DNA of 63,481 nucleotides, the filler included, from Blastocystis sp. subtype 4 (lineage: Eukaryota), in the NCBI RefSeq assembly GCF_000743755.1. It is 3 parts of 3 records of this genome, joined end to end, with 100 filler letters (N's around TTAATTAATTAA, not from the genome) between each part and the next. Parts side by side here need not be neighbours in the genome. Positions count along the whole stretch, not along the records: positions 42,102 to 63,481 come from NW_014569354.1; 2 more parts are not named here. The stretch is one strand, 5' to 3'. Below, in pieces: positions 42,798 through 59,972 of the stretch. The notes below the pieces were generated by a model. The model was not told the origin of the DNA. It worked only from the letters and a program-made list of their open reading frames with translations, and made no database searches. A program made the position numbers and the translations under genes. Every line of letters starts with the position of its first letter. Positions within the stretch are counted from its first letter, which is position 1.

Positions 42798-43569
42798 CTC
42801 AGTTAAAGAATCAATGAACAAGCCATCTTAATGAATTCATAAATACTTATTCTATTGGATTCTATTCCACATCCATTCAATATCAATTATTTCAAACTGC
42901 TATTTGGTGCAAGAATGATTGTTTGATATGAGTGTGATTTGATTCTTCATATCATATTCTGGAACAATGATGTTGATGTTGTGAAATGATGAAATAGTAT
43001 GATATATTGAGTTATTGTTATCTAAAGTGTTGTTAGAATGAATTGTATGAACAATTATGTATGTCGAATAGGATGGATGATATATTTGATTGGAGTTGTT
43101 GATTTGTAGATTGTTAGTAGAGACGAACTTGGTGTCCTGGTTGAAGATGAATGGTATTATGATAATGGAATCATTCTATTTCTTCTTTATAGCCATAGTT
43201 ATGGATGTTTGATAGGTTTATATCTGACTGTAGATCAATGTGAGATGTTATCACAATTCCTTATTATCCTCAATATTGATATTGAATAGATTCCTGTTTT
43301 GAAGAATGAGACTTCTCCTGTTGTTTGGATCAAGACTCATTCTGTTGTATGGATTCTTTAATTGTTGAAAAGGATATATGGAATGAAATGTCATTTGTAT
43401 TGATTTGTTGTGAAAAGGCATTCCTCCTAAGTCAATACTGGATATTGTGATCTGCAATCCTGAATGATGTTAGAATCATTATTGAACTAATAACGATCTG
43501 TTGATTGTCTTTGGAGTGATGTGAGGACAAGAATGTGTTGTTGAAAAGGGTTAGTGAAAGAAATAAAAC

Positions 43570-43671
43570 AAGAACGGTCATATCTAGTGGAAAGCGCCCT
43601 AACCCGTCTGATCTAGGAAGCTAAGTCATTACGAGTTGAGTTAGTACCTGAGAAGTCTCAATGCTGTTCTT
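43570..43671 (+). rRNA. 5S rRNA-like gene, about 102 nt, lacking helix IV/loop D
   Basis: Conserved CCGTCTGATC loop C, AAGCTAAG box A and TTAGTA loop E; termini AAGAACGGT/GCTGTTCTT pair; followed by a T run. Confidence 0.85.
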
Positions 43672-44295
43672 TTCTTCTTTCAATCAATATGGAACGAGAA
43701 TCAGATCTTTTCATCTGTTGAACTGAATGATAAGTGAATTCATTGTGATTGGATTGGACCTAAATACCACAGGATATGGAATAGAATGAGAGATTCCACT
43801 GTGAATCAGAAGAATCCACTTCATTGGATTGCATCCACTACTAGTTACTAAATGAATTGAGATTGATACCAACTCATTCAATGAATAAGAATGGATTCTG
43901 ACTTGAATCTTGTGTCCTTCAGAAGAATGATGAGTTGACACAGATCATTCTTTCAGATAATGAAGTCATATCTCTGAAGGATCGGAATATTGATATTCTG
44001 TTCAATGTTCTAAGTGTGGTTACTCTTATCACACTTCACAAGAATCACTCGAATTGTTATTTCAACCATTCCTTCCAATCTTTTGTATTGAATACATACT
44101 ATACTCACTCATTTACACTGACAAACAGGAATGAGGTCAATGCTCTATTACTCATCACCCATTCCTCAAACACATTCTACTCATTCCAACAGATACTACA
44201 TATCACCCAGTACCATCCACATTGAATGAAAGTATCTAAATGACAAGACAATCTTCAATATCACAATCCTTCATAGAACAAACACATTCTAGCAC

Positions 44296-47655
<3,360 letters not shown>

Positions 47656-48057
47656 AAAGAATGACTGATCGATTCTCCTACTGATTACCTTTTTGCATCT
47701 TGTTGTTTTATGTATGTTTAAGTGATCTGATGTGTATCTAGTATATCTACACTCGTAGTCATCGAGAAAAGGCGATCAAATTAGATGGCAAAAAAAGAGT
47801 CGTTTCCATCATTATAAAGGGAAGTGTGCAAAATTGATAGATAAGCAGAGATAGACTGCCAGCCCACTCAATAGAGTAATTCTATTATTACAGTATATAC
47901 GAACAAGATTTGCTCAAACAGTTGTATTCTTATTTATCATAAAGGGGATAATCACTGAACATTTCAAGCGAATCCCAGTTTCTGCTCTAAGAAGCAGTCG
48001 AATCTTGTCTACAATGAACTCAAGAGATTTAAGTACAATGGTGCCTATTACCTTGAA

Positions 48058-51000
48058 ATGATCACGATGCAGAAACAAGAGACTTCCCCATTAGCTTCAC
48101 CGAGTAGTAAGGAGAATATAGAATGTGTCTGGAAGTATGTTGAATTGATATGGATTCACATTGCGTAGTTCTTGTAAATCAGGTCATCTTATGATGCAGA
48201 TATGGAGGAAATTTCAAGATGCCGTTCAAAAGGGAGATTCCGTAGGTAAATCCGGATCTTATGACTTCTAGAGCTGTCGCTCTTTATTTGCAGAGTTTTC
48301 AGCTGTGTTTTTAAAAGAGTATCGTGACTGGGAGCCAGAATTGGAGAAAGGAACAAAAGGGCATCCTATGGAACTAAGTATGTGGCTGATGCGTGTATCT
48401 ACTAGTTGAATGGCTTTAATGTAGTGGATATGGATTGCTGCAAGAGCCAATGCATCCATCAAGGACATTGCTAATGAGCTTCTTGTATTAGAAGTCCTAT
48501 GTCGTTCTGCAGCAAACCGTTCTGTTATATTTTCAACCAAGATTGGAGATCTGGTGGCTGTATGGCTGAAAGCGCAATTACAGTGTTTTCCCGAAGATGA
48601 AGAGATGCTAAGTTTTGGCGAAGCAAATTCGGATCAGCGAGATGAGGAATGGATGAGAACAACGAGTGTCATTCTGACGCTCATCGATCACTTCAATGCT
48701 ACTTTCTTGCCAATTACTCCTCAGCGAGGCGCTGAAGGGATGTGCCGATCTGAACTTTGTGACAAATTTCATATTTTCTGTGGTGTGGAACTAGCTCGTC
48801 TTCTTATAAAATGCAAGGAAAAGAAAGAGGAGGAGTGGAGGGCTATGGAGTGTTGGTTGCGACGAGAAGTTTCCTTCTGTATTCGTAAAGAGACAACAGA
48901 ACGTCAAGATCTGATCACCGAAATCCTAACTGCGGGAAATGAACAATGTTGGCTCCAATTGATTCAAGGTATTACGAATGAGGGTTTGGAAGAGTATCAG
49001 AATGATGATATGATTGTGTATTTGCTTCTTCAGAGTGATATTCATTGGGATATCTCATCATTGTAAGAATAGAATGATTGAGTCATGAGTAGTGTGATGA
49101 GTCATATTCCTGATCACATTCAGGCAATAGTATATGGACTCTGTTTGACTTCAATTCCATTTCTTCATTCTCCTGATGTCATTTTTACCATCTTGACATC
49201 ATTATCATCTCTTCCTCCTAATGACACTGAAGTACAGCAGAGACAAGCATTCTTCATTCTTCTCTTCCTTTTGGTTCATGATTCACCTAGTCTCTTTAAT
49301 CACTTTCTCTCTATCACAACTAACGATATGCTCTTGGTAATCCTTCTTCCTTCTCTTCATCATAGTCTCTTCTCTCACCTCATTCTACAACCATTCCATC
49401 AGCTCTTCTTGTCTGTCTTACATCTCTGTTATGTGATGTTGTGATTGCTTCACCTCAATATAATACTCCTACTCCCATCGTGGTAGCACTGAGACCAATT
49501 CTCAAAGACTTTTCTCTCTTTGCAGAAATCCCTCCTGCTTTTGGCATTGCTATTAAGCGTCCTGAATTGTTACCTGTTATGATCGATTGTCTCTCTCGCT
49601 GTACAGAATCAGATCGTGATATCTGGCTTGCAGGAATGAGTATGGTAATTGAATCTCCGGATTCTGCCGTGGGCATGTATTCTGTTTGTGAACGTCTTAT
49701 CGATGTATGTTCAGGTATCTCTTGATAATCTAGATGATTCCGACTGTCCCATACCCCTCACCGTTACTATCATGTCTCTCCATTCTCTTTGCTCAACAAA
49801 TCTCTTCGATGAATTTGAAGCATATTTTATCTCATATTCAGACTCATACATCCTTCGTCCTTAGTCTTCTCATTAGTATATATGTGTATGCAGGACAACA
49901 TGTTCGTGATCCTAATGGAATTGTAGCTGCTGTGAATGTGTTGGGTGGTGTTTCCATCTTCTATCCACTCTTACAGAATCGAGCGGAGATGGAAGAGAAA
50001 ACAGAAGAAGCCTACTTCCGTCAGGTCTTCTCCCTTCTGAATCTGGCGATTGCTTGTGATTTGGATCATCTGAAGAAGGAAGATGTTGCAGTTCTTGGTT
50101 GGCTGATAGAGCGAGTGCCTCAGAATGTTCGCACTCATGAACTGTGGGAATTTGTTAAGAATTGGGTGAGCATTCCTGCTTGCAGTATTCGAGATGATTT
50201 GCTGAATGATGTGATTGTGAATGGCAAGATTTGGGAGAAGGAAGAAGTACGTTGTGAGATTTGTGCGTGGTTATGTGATATGCTGAAAAGTGAAGATGGA
50301 GAATGGATACGACACTGTGAGTTTCAACATGTGATGCGTGAATTGAAGAGTCCTCAGGTTCTGATTGAATGGTGTGCAGGTGAGGAAGAATGCGAATGAT
50401 GAGAAGTAGATCAATCAAAGTTAAGTGATTCTGATATGGGTTTCCTCTTCACACAATCACAGTATGATGGACTAATTGCTCTCCTTGAACAGTGGGTGAT
50501 GAATCCCATTTTCTGTAAACGTGTATGTTCAGTGATGCATGATCAATGTTTATCATGGATTATGCGTCATGGTTCAGATAAGTCAGATGAGTTGAAATAT
50601 AACCTTATCTGGATTGTGAAGGATATTCTCGCTGTTTATACTTCAGAAGAACAATGGACTCATATGACAGAGTTAATTACGCCTTGGGTAACAACTGAAG
50701 TCATTCTTACTCGTATGATTGAACAGCAAGAGAGTTCTTGGCTTCCTTTCATTGCTGCTTCTATCTCCCAGACTCCAGCAATGCAAGAATCGTATTTCAA
50801 CAGTCTTGAACAACACGCTTCCTCAGTTATCATGCATTCCAACTGGTATTTGACTGTTACTCCTCTCCTTTCCATTCCTACCTCCTTCACTCACCTTTCT
50901 TCTCTTCTTACTCTTCTTCTCACTGCTGCGGCTACTAATCAACTCTCTTATGATCTGTCACTCTCTTTACTGGGACTCTTTGCTACGTTAGATGCGAAGT

Positions 51001-54000
51001 ATGGTCACAATCAGGCAGACAGTACAATTCTTGTGGATGTGTGGATTTCCGTTTGCCAGGCTTTTACCACAGTTCTTGAAAAGTGTGAACCAGAGAGTAT
51101 TTGGAGTGTTTTTGGTCGAGATCTGGAGTTCTTATTCCAGATTCTGTTTGTTCTTGTGGATTATGATGAGACCCATATTCGAAAGAATTGGGACATTATT
51201 CATACATATCTGACCCTAATTCGTATTATCCCTATTTCCTATTCGCGAAATACTGTTCAGGCTCTATTGACCAAGGCATGCCATATTTTGGATTATTCGA
51301 AAAATGCAGTGATTTTTGAGAATCATGAAGAAGATTTGATCTCATTTGGTGCTCCAGAACCACCGAAAGAAACTATACCAGAATCAGCTGTAGAGGAAGA
51401 AACGATTTCTGTTTCTGAAGTGAGTGAGGATGTACGTGTCTTGTGTGACCTCGCATGGAATGGGAACTTGGTCTATGCAACTGAGGTGCTGAATCAACTG
51501 AAGCCACTGGAGTATATGAAAGAAGTGTTCATTGAGGTTCTCTCAAAGTGTGAAACTGCAGTTCAATCATTGTTTGCAGAAGCTGATATGCGTAGTAAGA
51601 AACGTTGGAATGTGGATCGTAAGAAGGATGAAGCACTGTGTGGATTGTGTAGTAGTCGAAGAGGGTGATAAGGACTAGATAGAGCGGTCTTGGGAGCTAT
51701 TGATGCTGATACGAAGTTGCTTGCATTGAAAGAAGTGGTCAAGACCATGGGAGATGTGCATTGGCCTCATGTTGACGAGACTAGTGTGAGGGAAACGGTA
51801 GCTCGTTTGTTTGATCGATTCCGTGGTGATCAAACTGTCATAAGTGATGAGAAGGCGATAATAGAACGAGAAACCGAACAATATGAGAATGAACAGAAAC
51901 GAACGTAAGGTGTGAGGAGTGTTTTCTCATGTTAGTGAAATCATGACTGAGAGGTATTGGAAGACGATTAAAACCCAACTTCGAAACGAACGTGGGCTCT
52001 GGGGTCAGCATTCATCTGGGTTGGATCTGTTCCTTACTCTCATCTGTAGACTGCTGACACTCTCACCCTTACAATCTGCTTCAAATCTACACCAATTCTT
52101 AGTAGATGATTGTACTGCTACAACCCATCCTGCTGCATGTGTATGGGAGTCAGAGGAGGACTTGGCACAGACAGAAGAGCAAACACAACTTCAAGAGGAA
52201 GTTGAACAAATATTGCCAGAAAATGGGACGATTTTGTTCACAGATCATGTATTGATGATCATTCCAATGCAACATGTCCCTGGAACGTTAACTCTCACAC
52301 GCACCTCACTTAGTTTCATTGTAGACACAGAGTATATCACTTCAATGAAGCAAAAGATCACAGATCTGGATGCTAAGATTGCTTCTGGGAGTTTTAAGGG
52401 AGAAAACAAATGGAGAACTTTGGGTTTGCCTGAGAACTGTGCTTGGCCTATTGAGGAATTGGAAAGTGAAGAATTCCGGTTATTTGAGGTATGGTGGAAT
52501 TGTGGAATAATCAAAATAGTCTTTGGATTTGGCAGTCGAATTATTCTTCACAAACACGACATCCGCTTTCTTTGCGTTGTCGGCAACTACAGTTCGGAAT
52601 TCTCTTCACACACATCTTCGTTCGATGAAGCTCCCTCATCTCACAAAGTTCCTGGGTCGCACAGCTGAAGAACGTTGGCAAGCAGATGACTGTGCGAGTC
52701 GTTGGGCGAAGGGAGAAATAAGCAATCTGGAGTACTTGCTACGAGTGAATCGACTAGCTGGCAGAAGGTGATGATGAGAACCATGGTTCATTCATAGTTA
52801 CAATGACTTGAGTCAATATTACATATTCCCGTGGGTATTGAGTGATTACGAGAGTGATCATATTGATTTAACGGATGTGAAGGTGTATCGTGATTTATCA
52901 TTGCCAATAGGAGCTCAGAATGCAAATCGTCGAATCATTATTCAAGAGAAATATCAAACAATGCAAGAACTTCGTGAGCAAACTCTTCAGAATCATGAAG
53001 ATGGTCCAATTGATGTGTTATCGCCTCCTCCACGTCATTACGCAACACATTATAGCAATAGCACATTGGTTATTTGGTGGTTGGTTCGTCTAGAACCATT
53101 CACTTCTCTTCATATCTTTGTTCAGGATGGTCGTTTTGATCGACCTGATCGACAGTTCCATAGTATTGCTGCTGCTTGGAAAGGTTCTACAGAAAATGAT
53201 GGAGATGTGAAGGAAGTAACACCTGAGTTCTACACACTTCCTCAAATGTATGCCAACTCCAATCAGTATTTGTCTCATTCTCACCTCATTCGTAGTCTTA
53301 ATTTGGGTCGACTTCAAAGCAATAATCAACTTCTTTCTGACGTTACTCTTCCTCCATGGGCACACTCTCCTGAAGAGTTTGTTCGTATTCAGTGTGAAGC
53401 TTTAGAGAGTGACTATGTGAGTAAGAACCTACATCTTTGGATTGATCTGATATTCGGTTCGAAACAAGTTATGATTGATCAATCTCTTTATTCTAGACTG
53501 GTCCAGAGGCCGAACGTCACTTCAACGTGTATCATCATTTCGCTTATCTCAATCCTCCCTTCTACGCTCAACTTCGGGCTAAAGATCCTGCTATGTTTGC
53601 TCAGGCTGCTGCTATGTTTGATAACTTTGGTCAGGTTCCTTCTCCAATTACATCTCTCTCTCATCGTGCTAAGAAGGTGTTAACCCATTCTCAATCCTTA
53701 TTCGAAACCCACGGGAAATTGAAAATTGTGGCAACTCCTATTAAGACAGGTCCTACACTTCAGACATCATTATTCCTGTCTGGAAAGAATGTTCTATTCA
53801 CAATAGCAGAAGATGGAGGTATTTTGAGACATTCCATAAAGCATGCCAATTTGGATCTGACAATTGATTCTAGACTCAAACAAGGATTGTTCCCCCACAT
53901 TGGAACTATTGGAGGAAAGAATCAAGCTATATTTGGGATTGATGGATCTGAGTTGTTTGTTTTGGGTGAAGAAGGAGGTATTCGTTGTCTTGATTCTCTT

Positions 54001-54730
54001 TCTGGGTCTGAGAAATGGAGAATGATGATGGAAGTGGGTTGTTGGGTGTTGAACTTAGAGATAGAACCAATTCACATGCATTGTCATGTCTGAAGATGGA
54101 ACCATGTTGGCTGCTTCAGATAGGAATAATTGTGTTTCTATCATTGAGGTAGCCCGAGGAGGAAAGATGGGTGAATTGCATACAGTACTTCGTGGCCATG
54201 ATGGACCTATTACATGGATTTCGATATCTCGTAAGCTCAATCTCATAGTCACAGCAAGTGAAGATGGTTCTGGTAGAAATACTTTGCATGATTGATCAGT
54301 AGTGATAATGTGGGCTCTTCGAGATGGAACTTATTTGCGATCTCTCTATAGCAAATCTGAGACAACTCATAAGCTGGTACCTGTCGATTGGTGTGCAATC
54401 ATCAGTGATGGTCATATCTTAACCTATTCAAAGGATACGTATCTAATGACACTCTACGATCTTGCAGGAGCTGTGATTGGTTGTCATGAGTTCATTAACC
54501 AGCTCTCTGCTATTACTCTTGGACCTGATGGGCTCTATGTTGTGGTTGGAAGTGAACGAGGAGAAATGTTCATTCTCCGTGTTAGGGATTTGCATGATGT
54601 CACAACTGAAGCTAGTGGAGGGTTCTCGGTGGTTCCGAAGTTATCCACTGGAATCCACTACTTGTATTTGACGAAGGAAGTATTGTTTATCGGAGGTGAG
54701 AATGGCGTATTGCTGGTGGCAGGAAAGTAA
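48058..54730 (+). CDS. BEACH-domain protein (PH-BEACH-WD40)
   Basis: [58 protein letters not shown]; C-terminal WD repeats. The start is approximate. Confidence 0.92.
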
Positions 54731-54801
54731 TTTGCTATGTGTTTGTTGGAATATAAAGTGCTATTCGAGAAATACATAAATGAATCCAGGAAGCAAAAAA
54801 G

Positions 54802-54874
54802 CGCCCACCGAGGGGCTCGAACCCTCGACCACCAGGTTAAGAGCCTGGCGCTCTACCGACTGAGCTAGACGGGC
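54802..54874 (-). tRNA. tRNA-Lys (anticodon CTT)
   Basis: GCCCGTCTAGCTCAGTCGGTAGAGCGCCAGGCTCTTAACCTGGTGGTCGAGGGTTCGAGCCCCTCGGTGGGCG folds as a cloverleaf; followed by a T6 Pol III terminator. Confidence 0.97.
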
Positions 54875-54984
54875 TTTAACAATTATGTTCTCATATTTTT
54901 ATTATTTAAAAATTACACTTCAATGATTCTCTCTCCTTCATTCTCGTGAGTACCTGGGATGTGACTTCCTTTAACAAACAATCA

Positions 54985-56559
54985 AAACCGAATTAGCCAT
55001 TGTAGCCTGAGCAACGGAAGCAGCACGACGAGCATCAGGGAAACGACTCACATACTCTCCTAACGGTACATATCTATACATCACTAGATATCCAAACATC
55101 TACGCAACTTGGATCTGTCTCCGATTGAACCATCGTCCATTCATCTCTTGAGCGGCAGTTCGACAACTCCTCAGGTCGCCAAACATCAGATACACATTAC
55201 CATCAGAATTCTTATCGACAAAGCAATGTAACACGTTGCCATACTTCTGACACTCACTCTTCACATCCTCCTAGTCATAATCATCTCAATCCAATCTCAC
55301 CTGAATATCAATATCCCATGTAGGCTCTGTCTCCAGAGCTGGTGTGAACATATTCCGAAGCACCATACAATTGCTAGCATTACCTTGGATGATCGGTTTC
55401 CCATCAGCTCCCAATCCCTATCAATGATATATTCGATCATTTCCTACACTCTGGACCTGACCAGGATTGTTCACCTGACGCATCATCTGATTCAACTCCT
55501 CATCCTTCTTACTATCAGCCAGATGGCGCATAATCAGACCACGACGTTGAGGATCCAGAGCAATGTTCTCCTGGCCCTCTTCATCCTCCAATCGCCAGCT
55601 ACGACCCTGACGCTGAGGAATACTCACACTAATCTTCTTGCCCAGAACATCCATTCCATCCGTCTTCAAAGCAGCACGTGAAGCATACTCAGGACGACGG
55701 AACTTCACATATGCTGATCCTTTGAACTGTTTGCGTTCATCCAGCTCCATTTCCACATTATCCACATCGCCAATCGACTCGAAGAGGTCCATGATATCAC
55801 GACGAGACAACTCAGGATGCAGATTACACACATAGATTGTGGAAGGTTGGATCTTAGGAGGAGCTTTCTCTTTCATTGCAGACCAGTTCTTCTCTGCTTC
55901 GCTTCGTTTCACTTTCATGGGGAAACCACTGCAATTGCAAGCCTTATGCTTTGTACACATCTTTTGACCATTTAACATCAATGCTTTGGATGCATCTTCC
56001 AGTGTCTTCATTTCAATATATCCCATTCCTTTCGAACGACCTGAATACCGATCACGAATCAATTTGATTGAAACAACCTATTTATTATTAGATACCATCA
56101 TTTCATACACCTCCAGCCTGTTCAAAGTAATAACGAAGCCATTTCTCATCAACCTTCACTTGAAGGTCTGAAACGAATACAGTTCGCACATCACGAGTCA
56201 ATGAATCCTATCCTATCAAAACGAATCATAACACCCACCTGAGAATCATCATTTGAAGCAGCCGCTGGTTCTGCGTCCCTTCTACGATCTTTGCGATCAC
56301 CGCTAGGACTTGAACTATGACGACTTCGACGATCCGACGAACGATCTCTCCGACTACGTCTATCTCGGCTGTCACTTCGACTTCTGCTTCGATGTCGATG
56401 ACTGTGATGTCTGCTGTGACTACGATCCCTTCTTCTTGAAGAACGCTCCCTAAAACAATTCATATGCATTCTACCGCTCTCTGTCAATTTGATTGGAAGG
56501 ATACGATGGAGTAGGAACTCCAGGCTAGATAGATCACTTCAAAACAAAACGACTACCAT
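54985..56559 (-). CDS. RBM39: RBM39/CAPER-like splicing factor (RS region, two RRMs, UHM); stop probably completed by poly(A)
   Basis: RS-rich N-terminus, RTVFVSDL, SKGMGYIE, FKGSAYVKF, LRNMFTP...WDIDIQEDVKSECQKYG, MNGRWFNR. Confidence 0.87.
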
Positions 56560-56717
56560 TTGAATTGGTGGCTGAGTTTGATAACTCATTTTATTCACAG
56601 CTCTTCTATTGAATCGAAAAGCAAATGCTAATCTAGAGAGTTCCACAAATACTCATCATTTTCCTTCCAGAGAATTCGGAAGCCCAATAGGCTGCCGCAA
56701 TTGTCCACATTGGCCTA

Positions 56718-59561
56718 ATGGCGCAGAATCTCAAAAGAAGCAAAATGAACGCAGATTCCTCGGATTGGAAACGGTTCATTCCATATTCTGAAGAGTTATC
56801 TGCTTTGTATGACGAATTGGATACATGTTCTGAAAACCTGTATTCAGGTGAAACTACGCATATTCTTCCTCCTAATGCATCTGCACATTATGACTTATTT
56901 GCTGATGCAAATACAAAGCGTTCTCAGACCAATTTGGAACTGCAATTGATGTATAGTAAATTATAGATTGATATTGAATAGGAATCTTATTCAGAAATAT
57001 GATATTGCTGCTAGTAACAGTGAACAAATCCTAGAGTCCGTTTCGCAGACTATGTCTACGTTACATCGTATTGAAAAGCAATATGAAGAAGTATGTATTG
57101 TTTTAATCTGTACTCTGTAGATTAGTACCATAACAACGTCTCTTCATGATGAGTGTGAAGAGTACATCAGTGACGAAGTAACTCTAAGTAGAGTATATCA
57201 GTTGTAGAGAACATTAACACGTGTTCTTGGTGAACTACAGGTTCCATTATCTTACTTCCGTGATTTGTCTGTGATTACGAACAAGATTGGAATGAATAGT
57301 ATTTATTCAAGTGAATCCTCTGAGAAGAGTCTTGAAATGGAATATGATTTGTACAGTGAAGAATTGAGTGGAATTGTATCTCGGGTATTTGAATGCATTC
57401 AATTTTTCCGATCTCATGTAAGAATGATATCATTTTAATGATAGACAGCCTTCTTATAAGGATAGTGAAAGTTATTTGGATCGATATTCGGCTCTTTTGA
57501 ATCGTATTTATTCAATTCTTCGTAACAAATTCATTTCCCTTTTAAAAACTTGTGAAGCAGAGATTCAGGAGAAGGCAGATAAGAATGAGTTACTTCTTCC
57601 TTCATGTCCTTTATACTACTATATGGCAGCACTTTCCCGGGGAAACACTCAGTTAATAACTCACATTATGGAAGTACACACTGGAGCAGTATCCGAACTG
57701 TCAGGTTCGTCGTGCTTTGAAGTATATTGTTCCACTCGTGAGTCTCTCATTGAGCCATTAGTGACAGCAGAACTGGAGTCGTATCTTAGTAGCGAAGAGA
57801 CATTGGAGAGTCGTATTCGAAGTGCAATTCTATTCACTATTGAAGTATGTGAACGAGAAAGTGAGGAGTATCTCAATTTCTTCTGTTCGGAGGTGTCTGA
57901 GAAACAGCTGGTAACAACAGTTCGTTCGTCACCTGCTTTCAATAGTGCTGTTAGGTACGAATGATTGACAAGAATGATTGATAGCTCCTTCCTTGAGAAC
58001 CTAGCATTGCGATTATATGAAGAAGTTCGACCTCTCATTCTTGATACAATGCAACTGGACATTCTCTGCGATCTCATTCGAATGATCAAGATGGAGATTA
58101 TTGCTGGTGATGTGATTAAACGAAGTAGGCGTTTCATAGGAGTTTCATTTTTAGATTCATTTACTTCAGTAATAATTCCAATCATTTTGAAATTGGAAGA
58201 GGATATTCGTGAACGTGTTTTGTATATTGCTCATTCATATTTTGATTCAACTATCAAAGATTATGTGCCAACAACAGATGATGTGAACTATCCCGAGAAG
58301 CTGTATAGTAAGTATGAGAATGAAGAATGATTGATAGAATATTATGCTCAACAACGTAATAAGGAGGTCAAGTAGGATCGATAATGAGAAATCATTTGTT
58401 AGTATCTACTTGTTGTGGTATACGCCAATTCAAAAGATCCTTCATGTTCTATCATTACTTTATTCATGTGTTGACGTTTGCATTGTTGAATTGGATTCAT
58501 TCTAGTATACTATCATGGCCGATATTACAGTTGAAGCTGTATCGAATGTGTTGATAGCTATACAACGAGCTACCTCCATTATTGAAACAGCTCAAGTTAT
58601 ATCCACTCTTCTTACTTACTTCTAGTCTGTGATTGATGGTGAATTGTTTCGTGTAAAGACTTTACTGATTCTTCGTGAACAGATTTCACCATTTGATCTT
58701 CATTCTCCTGGGACATATCTTCCATTTAGTGATCGTTCTCTTACAGAGAGTACTTTGTTCCGGCTCTTTGCTAAAGCAATCCCAACCATTACTTTTATCA
58801 ATCAAGATGGATTAAAACTCATTGAAACTGCTCTGAAAGATAGTACTAATCGACTTATTGAAGCCATCTGTCGAACTGTTTGTGGACCTGTTATTTTGAT
58901 TATTCAAGAGTATGAGCATTATATGGCCACCACAGCATCTTCAACAGAACGATTCCCTCTCTTTGAGAATCAGGTTATTTCAATCTTAACCAGTTTCCAA
59001 GAGGGAGTGGAAGGGCTTGATGACATTGTGGGAAAGATTGCATTGTATGTGGATAGTCCTGCGACTCAGGGTATTCTCTTTGCTCCTGTGAGAGTGAGAG
59101 TACGATAGAAGAATTATGAATAGAGAATGTTACTGGGATATGTATCTCATTTGAAAGAAATATTGGTGTATTTGAAACCCAATAATTTCCCACGGTATTT
59201 GGATCAGTTATCTGAATTAGAGAATGAGATTAATGCTGTGGATGCAACAAAGTTTAACCATGACACTGTGAAGCGTGGAAAGAGTAATTTGACTGAAGAA
59301 ACTGAGGTAGTGGAGAGTGAAGAGGTGACTAAGAATGGACTTGTGGTTGAGGATATTGAGACAGCTGAGCATGGAGCTGTGACAGAGAATACTGAAACAA
59401 CTGATGTTGTCGAAGGAAAAACCGACACGAAGCCAGAGAGTAATACCATCCCGGAAACTGCAGAAAGCGTACCAATAGATAATAGTCAAGAAGAACAATC
59501 TCCTGTTGTCCAGGAAGAGGAACTCAAGAATGAACCATCAGAACAGGGAGTTGTCTCTTAA
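56718..59561 (+). CDS. COG3: Conserved oligomeric Golgi complex subunit 3 (Sec34)
   Basis: LHDECE, PLSYFRDL, HPSYKDSESYL, LYEEVRPLI, WYTPIQK, DGELFRVKTLLILREQISPF. Confidence 0.85.
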
Positions 59562-59972
59562 ATTATTGGTTTTATTATAAACATGAACGCAGATTGACAT
59601 TGTTCTCACACAGTGTGAAGCGGTATCACAGCATTCATAATCCAGAAGAGATCTACAGCAATTTGACTAAATCGCTATGTATACTGATGATTCAAGTTAT
59701 TTATAACCATTATACCAATTGCTTCTTGTATCTACAGTCATGTTTCTACAATAGCCATTTCTCACTTTTATAACCTTATTTCCATTCTATATCTCGTAGA
59801 GTTCTAACTTTTAAATAATATGTAATATGCAAAGAATTGGCAATTAGGACAGATTCATTCAAAAGGAATTAGGAACGGGACAGTCGATTAACGGGAATTC
59901 AGAGATTATTGGGACTCTGGCTTATGGTTCTTGGTTCCATCAAATAGAATATCAGAATAGATTGAATAGACA

